Position numbers and translations under genes: made by a program | Assembly: GCA_013152415.1 (NCBI GenBank) | Contig: JAADGI010000019.1 | Location: forward strand, 130,000 to 193,999 | From: Gammaproteobacteria bacterium | Lineage (GTDB): Bacteria > Pseudomonadota > Gammaproteobacteria > HyVt-429 | Direction: 5' to 3' | DNA length: 64,000 nucleotides | The notes under the pieces: model-generated | Databases searched by the model: none | What the model saw: only the letters and a program-made list of their open reading frames with translations | What the model was told of the DNA's origin: nothing | Part shown: piece by piece, positions 57,690-64,000 of the stretch | Layout of the letters: the number at the start of each line of letters is the position of its first letter | Position numbering within the stretch: position 1 is the stretch's first letter

Positions 57690-58955
57690 ATGGAAAAAGA
57701 TAAATCAATACACAAAAAATCACAAATAGTATTTGATGAAAATATGCGATTCGTTTTTGTGCCATGGTCTCTAGGATTATTCTTTGCTTTGTCCAGCATA
57801 TTATCAATATTGAACGATATACATGTCAACCTGGTTATTGCAATGATACTAGCAAGTATCATTAGTTGGGTAACGGGTAATTATGTTTTTCTGACAAAGA
57901 CAAGAACTTACAAAGAGAAAGAGAAATGGGGTAATGCTATCACCTGCAAACTTTCAGATGAATACGAAAAGCTAATGGACCAAGCTGACAATGATCAAAA
58001 TACCCAGTTTGAGCAAATGGAAGATGAGCTTGCACGCGTTAAATCCATACAAGGTGATGCTATTACAGGCGTGATAAAAAGCTTCCAGGGTCTGGACGAC
58101 CAATCTCGCAGCCAACTTGATATGGTATCAAACCTGATCAATCTTGTTACTAAAAGCAGCAGTGGAGATGGTGAAACAAAAAGCGTTCGTGAAGAAGCAA
58201 CGGATATGATAACAATGTTCACTCAAAGTATACAGAAAATGAGTGACGGTAGCATGCATTTGGTCAATTCTATGAATACCATGGACATGAATATTAAGGC
58301 AATCAAAAAACTCTTAGGTGAAATCGATGGTATCAGTTCACAGACAAATTTACTGGCACTCAATGCATCAATAGAGGCTGCTCGTGCTGGAGAAGCGGGA
58401 CGAGGATTTGCCGTTGTTGCCGATGAAGTTAGAGACCTCTCTCAGCGTAGCCACCAATTCAGCAGCGAAATCCGGATGAATTATAGTGAAATAGAAAAAA
58501 CAATGAATGGTGCCAGACAGGTTGTCGGCAAGATTGCAGCCAACGACCTAACATTAACCCTGAGCTCCAAGAATCGCATGGATGAAATCATGACAGAAAT
58601 AGAGCAGACCAATAAGAATATCGGCGATGAACTTCAAAGAGTGTCCAGCATCTCGTCTGAAATCACAAAAAATGTAGATCTTGCTCTCAAATCAATGCAA
58701 TTTGAGGACATGACCAGCCAATTGTTGGTCCACTTATCCAAGCGTGTTGGCGCCCTGCGTGGTTTTACAGATGCATCCTCGGAACTCAGACATGATTTTA
58801 ATGTTGTGAGCCGCAATGACCTTGCCTTGCAGCTTGACGAACATATTGAACATTTGCAAATAGCAATGTCAACTGCCCATAAACTATCAGGAGAGACCGA
58901 ACATGCTCCAGTTCACCAGAAAAACATGGATGATGGTGAAGTAGTATTTTTCTAA
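57690..58955 (+). CDS. methyl-accepting chemotaxis protein (short, two N-terminal TM helices, no periplasmic domain)
   Basis: The start is at the internal Met [10 protein letters not shown]. The signalling domain reads [37 protein letters not shown]. Confidence 0.8.
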   Translation: MEKDKSIHKKSQIVFDENMRFVFVPWSLGLFFALSSILSILNDIHVNLVIAMILASIISWVTGNYVFLTKTRTYKEKEKWGNAITCKLSDEYEKLMDQADNDQNTQFEQMEDELARVKSIQGDAITGVIKSFQGLDDQSRSQLDMVSNLINLVTKSSSGDGETKSVREEATDMITMFTQSIQKMSDGSMHLVNSMNTMDMNIKAIKKLLGEIDGISSQTNLLALNASIEAARAGEAGRGFAVVADEVRDLSQRSHQFSSEIRMNYSEIEKTMNGARQVVGKIAANDLTLTLSSKNRMDEIMTEIEQTNKNIGDELQRVSSISSEITKNVDLALKSMQFEDMTSQLLVHLSKRVGALRGFTDASSELRHDFNVVSRNDLALQLDEHIEHLQIAMSTAHKLSGETEHAPVHQKNMDDGEVVFF

Positions 58956-58967
58956 AGGAGAACGATC

Positions 58968-59342
58968 ATGAGCAGAACAATACTAATTGTTGACGATGAG
59001 CCTTCAGTGCGTAAAATGCTAACCAAGATTCTCAAAGAAGAAGCAGATGTATTTCTAGACGCAAAAAATGGAGTACAGGCAAAACAACTCTGTTACGAAC
59101 AAGATGTTGACTTAATGATTACCGATATAGTCATGCCAGAAAAACATGGGATAGACCTGATTATTGAGATAAAAAAAGAAAAACCAAATTTACCTATTAT
59201 TGCAATATCAGGCGGCGGGGGCATATCTGGCCGGTTTGATTACTTGGAAATTGCCGGGACCCTTGGTGTTGAAAATATATTGCACAAACCGTTTAAGGCA
59301 AGCGAATTAAGAAGTTTTGTCAGATCCGCTTTGAGTGATTAG
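58968..59342 (+). CDS. single-domain response regulator (CheY-like)
   Basis: 124 aa: ILIVDDEPSVRKML...DLMITDIVMPEKHGIDL...LHKPF. Confidence 0.8.
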   Translation: MSRTILIVDDEPSVRKMLTKILKEEADVFLDAKNGVQAKQLCYEQDVDLMITDIVMPEKHGIDLIIEIKKEKPNLPIIAISGGGGISGRFDYLEIAGTLGVENILHKPFKASELRSFVRSALSD

Positions 59343-59354
59343 TTGTTCCGCACC

Positions 59355-59494
59355 TACTAAGGAAAACGAAAGTTACCCGACATCCTTTATCAGCGGGTGT
59401 TGGCAGCATGGACGCTGCCATCAAGCGTACAGGGACGTATTCACCGCGTCCCGCTGATGAAGGATGTTCGGGTAATCAATGAACTCATTAGTAC
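59355..59494. repeat. ~140-bp structured MITE/REP-like element, copy B
   Basis: About 88% identical to 21532..21667. Arm substitutions are compensatory (CTTTA/TGAAG here versus CGCTA/TAGTG in copy A). It begins 13 nt after the last che-operon stop codon. Confidence 0.7.
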
Positions 59495-59666
59495 GTGTAC
59501 GGCACTTCTATGCCCCTGGATAAAAAGGGGACTAATAGGAGGGCCCATATATTACAAATGACTGGGCTCGAACACACCCCGAATACCAGATGTCAGTAGA
59601 CCGATTGAACAGAGGCAAGAATCAACGTAGGACGTATGCAGAGGGGCAAAAACAGCCTCTTTTGCT

Positions 59667-59870
59667 CTACTCCTCTTTACGCGTCGACAAACCGATCAGG
59701 GTATAAGCTGGGCAAAAACTCACCAGGCTTGACAACACAAACACCACCGCAAAAATGCCTAGTACAATAGCAGCGGTACCCGTAATATAGCCCGTGTAAT
59801 ACAACACGCAAATAACAACGGCTAACAATACACGAAGCACTCGATCAATCATTCCCATATTCTTTTTCAT
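59667..59870 (-). CDS. small inner-membrane protein, DUF2892 (YgaP-like) family
   Basis: 67 aa with two TM helices and a C-terminal SFCPAYTLIGLST motif typical of DUF2892. Confidence 0.55.
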   Translation of the reverse strand: MKKNMGMIDRVLRVLLAVVICVLYYTGYITGTAAIVLGIFAVVFVLSSLVSFCPAYTLIGLSTRKEE

Positions 59871-60064
59871 AACTTAATTTCTCCAATAAACAAAGGTCAT
59901 AGCACTACTGCATGACCCAAACAAGTCCATAGACGATACCGACACAAATGGTGCACACCATCACGAGCTTTATCAACTTTACACCGATGGTGTCTTTGCC
60001 CAACATTAGACAGCCTGATAAGAGAAAGTTTAATGATTATTTAAATAATCTCATAGCATCTATT

Positions 60065-61378
<1,314 letters not shown>

Positions 61379-61398
61379 TTAATCTGGATTGAATTGGC

Positions 61399-62580
61399 TT
61401 AAAGCGGGACGACCCGCCAACGATCATCTTGTTTTTCCAACTTGCGGTCACAGCAACAGACCATGGTAGCATCCGCCACGCCAGGCAGGGCCCGTATCAC
61501 CCGCTCACCACCCTTACGCAAGCTCTGAATTTTTTCCATAAGCGCACTGTCATCATCTTCAGGTGCGAGTATAGCTCTGATCAAACCACCCTTATCCTCT
61601 TTTATGCGCAGCAAAATTCTAAGATCCGCACTAAACCCAGTGGCAGGTCGGGCACGACCGAAAGCTTCGCCAATGGCATCATAACGACCACCGTGAGCAA
61701 TGGCCTCACCATAACCGGCTACATAGGCGGAAAAAACAATGCCGGTGTGATAGCGATAACCTCGCAAATCCGCCAAATCGAAATACAGTTTTAAACCGGG
61801 CAGGGTTTGGGTTGTCAACGCTATCACCTGTTCGAGATTCTGCAATGCCGCCTGCACTTCCGGTCCCGCTGCCGACAAAGCGGCCTGGGCAGCACCGAAT
61901 TCGGCCACCTCCCCATTGAGATCAATCAACCCCGCAAACATACGCTTATAGTCATCACCTAATTCACTGGCAGCCATAAGTGCCTGTACATCGGGTTTTG
62001 ACTTTCGCCGCAAGGCATCAAATAACGCTTCTTCTATAGCGGCCCCAAGTTGACTCTCGTTTACAAGCTGCCGGTAGACCCCCACATGCCCTATACCCAA
62101 ATTTGGCTTTGGAATACCAATCAACTCAAGTGCCGTCATCAACAGATGTACGATTTCCACATCGCTCTGGGCCCCTGGGTGACCAAAAAGTTCTGCACCC
62201 AATTGCAAGGGTTCCCGAGAGCCCCCAAACACACCAGGACGAGTGCGCAATACCGGCCCCAGATAACATAGCCGCACAGGGGCCTCATGCTTAATATAGT
62301 GTGACTCGATACGGGCAACCTGTGGTGTCATATCTGCCCGTATACCCATGAGGCGGCCAGTAAGTTGATCGGTAAGCTTAAAGGTCTGCAAATCCAAATC
62401 TTGGCCCAAACCCGTCTTGAGGGCATCAAGAAATTCAACCATGGGTGGCATGACCAAGTCATAACCCCAACTGTCGAATAAGTCGAGCAGAGCCCGACGC
62501 ATGACTTCCAACTGCCTCGCCCTCTCCGGGAATACCTCTTCAATGCCCTCGGGCAACAACCACCGATCTAAATTTGCCAT
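61399..62580 (-). CDS. hisZ: ATP phosphoribosyltransferase regulatory subunit (HisRS paralogue)
   Basis: A class II aaRS-like core with LPEGIEEVFPERARQLE lacks the anticodon-binding domain. It lies upstream of purA, as in many gammaproteobacteria. Confidence 0.85.
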   Translation of the reverse strand: MANLDRWLLPEGIEEVFPERARQLEVMRRALLDLFDSWGYDLVMPPMVEFLDALKTGLGQDLDLQTFKLTDQLTGRLMGIRADMTPQVARIESHYIKHEAPVRLCYLGPVLRTRPGVFGGSREPLQLGAELFGHPGAQSDVEIVHLLMTALELIGIPKPNLGIGHVGVYRQLVNESQLGAAIEEALFDALRRKSKPDVQALMAASELGDDYKRMFAGLIDLNGEVAEFGAAQAALSAAGPEVQAALQNLEQVIALTTQTLPGLKLYFDLADLRGYRYHTGIVFSAYVAGYGEAIAHGGRYDAIGEAFGRARPATGFSADLRILLRIKEDKGGLIRAILAPEDDDSALMEKIQSLRKGGERVIRALPGVADATMVCCCDRKLEKQDDRWRVVPL

Positions 62581-62609
62581 TTTGTCTGGATAAAGTTGAA
62601 TACCAATGC

Positions 62610-62804
62610 CTAAGACTTGGAAAGCACCAAAAATAACACGCCCGCCACCATGCTAACCAAACCCATAACCCGCAGCTGGTGGTCACTCATCTGGCTGACT
62701 GTCGCCATCATGCGCCGCATTCTATCGGGGCTCAAAAATGGCATAATACCCTCGATGACCATCACCAGGGCAACCGCCGCAAAAAGATCTTGCCAATTTA
62801 TCAT
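62610..62804 (-). CDS. yjeT: small membrane protein DUF2065 (YjeT-like)
   Basis: MINWQDLFAAVALVMVIEGIMPFLSPDRMRRMM is the YjeT pattern. The start is at the internal Met of the track ORF. Its position between hflC and hisZ is conserved. Confidence 0.55.
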   Translation of the reverse strand: MINWQDLFAAVALVMVIEGIMPFLSPDRMRRMMATVSQMSDHQLRVMGLVSMVAGVLFLVLSKS

Positions 62805-63289
62805 AAAGAAACTTAAGGAAAAGATCAGTTTACTGCTATCTGTAAACTCATCCAAACATGAATGACACTGTAAACCCCCTCTCCCTTCGGGAGCACCCCA
62901 TCCCTAGGGCATAAAAGGGTTAGGGTGAAGGGAATAAACCAACAAAACTTACTTTTCCTAACATCACCCCCCCTCATCCTAACCTTCTCGACTCTGGTTC
63001 CGAACTTCGTTCTACCTCCTCCATCCCTGGAGTCGTCCCTGAGGGAGAAGGAACCGGTTAAAGCACTAAATCACCTTGCAAGTGGTCAAAGTAAATACCA
63101 TTCAACCAGCCATATTTAATGCCGTAGCACCTATAAATCCTGCTGAAACAAACAGTCAGATGCTAATGTGGGCAAAAACTACCCATTACCGTCATTTTCC
63201 TGAATTCCGGCCTGCACTAAAACAGCAAACCAAAGTAGCCGAATGAGAATTTTCAGCTTAAGTTAAGCACCATTTAGCACTCATGCTTA

Positions 63290-64000
63290 TTACCGAGGTT
63301 TGCCCGTGCCCCCAAAGTAGGTAAAGAACTCGGAATCTGGCTCGAGAACAAGAATATCCTGCTTGCTAGAAAAACTATTTTTATAGGCTTCCATGCTGCG
63401 ATAAAAATTGTAGAATTCCTTGTCTTCTCCGTATGCCAAGGCATAGATCTTGGTGGCTTGTGCATCGCCCGCGCCTCGATTCTCTTCTGCTTCACGCCGC
63501 GCCGCAGCCAACAACTCAACCCGCATACGATCAGCCTTGGAGCGAATGATTTTAGACTCTTTTTCACCTTTGGCACGGTGCTCATTAGCTATCCGCTCTC
63601 GTTCTACACGCATGCGTCTATACACCGATTCAGCAACCTTGGGGGGCAATTCGATCTGTTTAATCCTGACATCGAAAATTTTAATCCCGAATGCTGTCAA
63701 TTTTTGATCCGCATTTTGAGTCACGTTCTGCATGATCTCTTTACGATCACCCGAAACAACGTCCTTGATGGTCCGGTCACCCAATTGAGCCTGCAATTCG
63801 TTTTTTATGGTCTGGGCCATACGAAAGCTGGCATCCTTTTCACTGCCGCTAAAGGCACGGTAAAACTCCCCCGTATCGGCTATACGCCACTTAACAAAAT
63901 AGTCTACCAGTACGTTCTTTTTTTCACCGGTCAGAATCTGCTCAGGCTTACCATCTAAAGTCAGTATCCGCCGGTCAAACTTAATAATATTATTATAAAC
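63290..64000 (-). CDS. hflC: protease modulator HflC, partial (N-terminus beyond window end)
   Basis: The SPFH/band-7 domain continues in frame to position 64000 (…KFDRRILTLDGKPEQILTGEKKNVLVDYFVKWRIADTGEFYRAF…). The C-terminal coiled-coil region is present. Confidence 0.85.
   Translation of the reverse strand, partial: VYNNIIKFDRRILTLDGKPEQILTGEKKNVLVDYFVKWRIADTGEFYRAFSGSEKDASFRMAQTIKNELQAQLGDRTIKDVVSGDRKEIMQNVTQNADQKLTAFGIKIFDVRIKQIELPPKVAESVYRRMRVERERIANEHRAKGEKESKIIRSKADRMRVELLAAARREAEENRGAGDAQATKIYALAYGEDKEFYNFYRSMEAYKNSFSSKQDILVLEPDSEFFTYFGGTGKPR

Overview
This is a roughly 50% GC chromosomal window from a gammaproteobacterium. The conserved gene order (alr-dnaB, rplI-rpsR-rpsF, alaS-lysC-csrA-tRNASer-tRNAArg, recX-recA-thpR-pncC/lexA, rlmB-rnr-tRNALeu, purA-hisZ-yjeT-hflC) supports that assignment. 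Two accessory blocks interrupt the housekeeping backbone.

(1) Positions 4.3-13.7 kb, between the rpsF operon and cpdA, carry a RiPP-like maturation cassette. It encodes a signal-peptidase (S26/S24)-like protein whose Ser/Lys dyad positions read Cys/His, an HPr-kinase-related P-loop protein, two tandem PqqD-family (RRE) proteins and a radical SAM/SPASM enzyme. Next to these are a 1387-aa secreted gingipain (C25)-like peptidase and a PF14907-type nucleotidyltransferase. No annotated precursor is present. A 58-aa Cys/Thr/Gly-rich ORF lying convergent to the radical SAM gene is the best candidate substrate. This is the most likely novel system in the window.

(2) Positions 38.8-59.5 kb form an AT-rich signalling island next to tRNA-Leu. 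It holds two paralogous giant hybrid histidine kinases, a REC-HD-GYP regulator and an excisionase-HTH-REC regulator. Divergent from these is a complete che operon (STAS, CheA, NIT-MCP, CheW, CheR, CheB, CheY, CheD, MCP, CheY). Its CheA carries an inserted MshEN-like tandem motif, a putative c-di-GMP receptor.

Other notable items: a ~140 bp highly structured MITE/REP-like repeat occurs twice (21.5 kb and 59.4 kb) with compensatory arm substitutions. A 25-bp duplicate of the tRNA-Arg 3' end lies 190 bp from the gene. A truncated Y-family-polymerase-like (ImuB-like) ORF is translationally coupled to lexA, with a GAAC-N7-GAAC repeat at the lexA start. A standalone FliK-like protein is also present. 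My hand-derived coordinates may be off by 1-2 nt. No CRISPR, rRNA or intact IS/prophage was seen.
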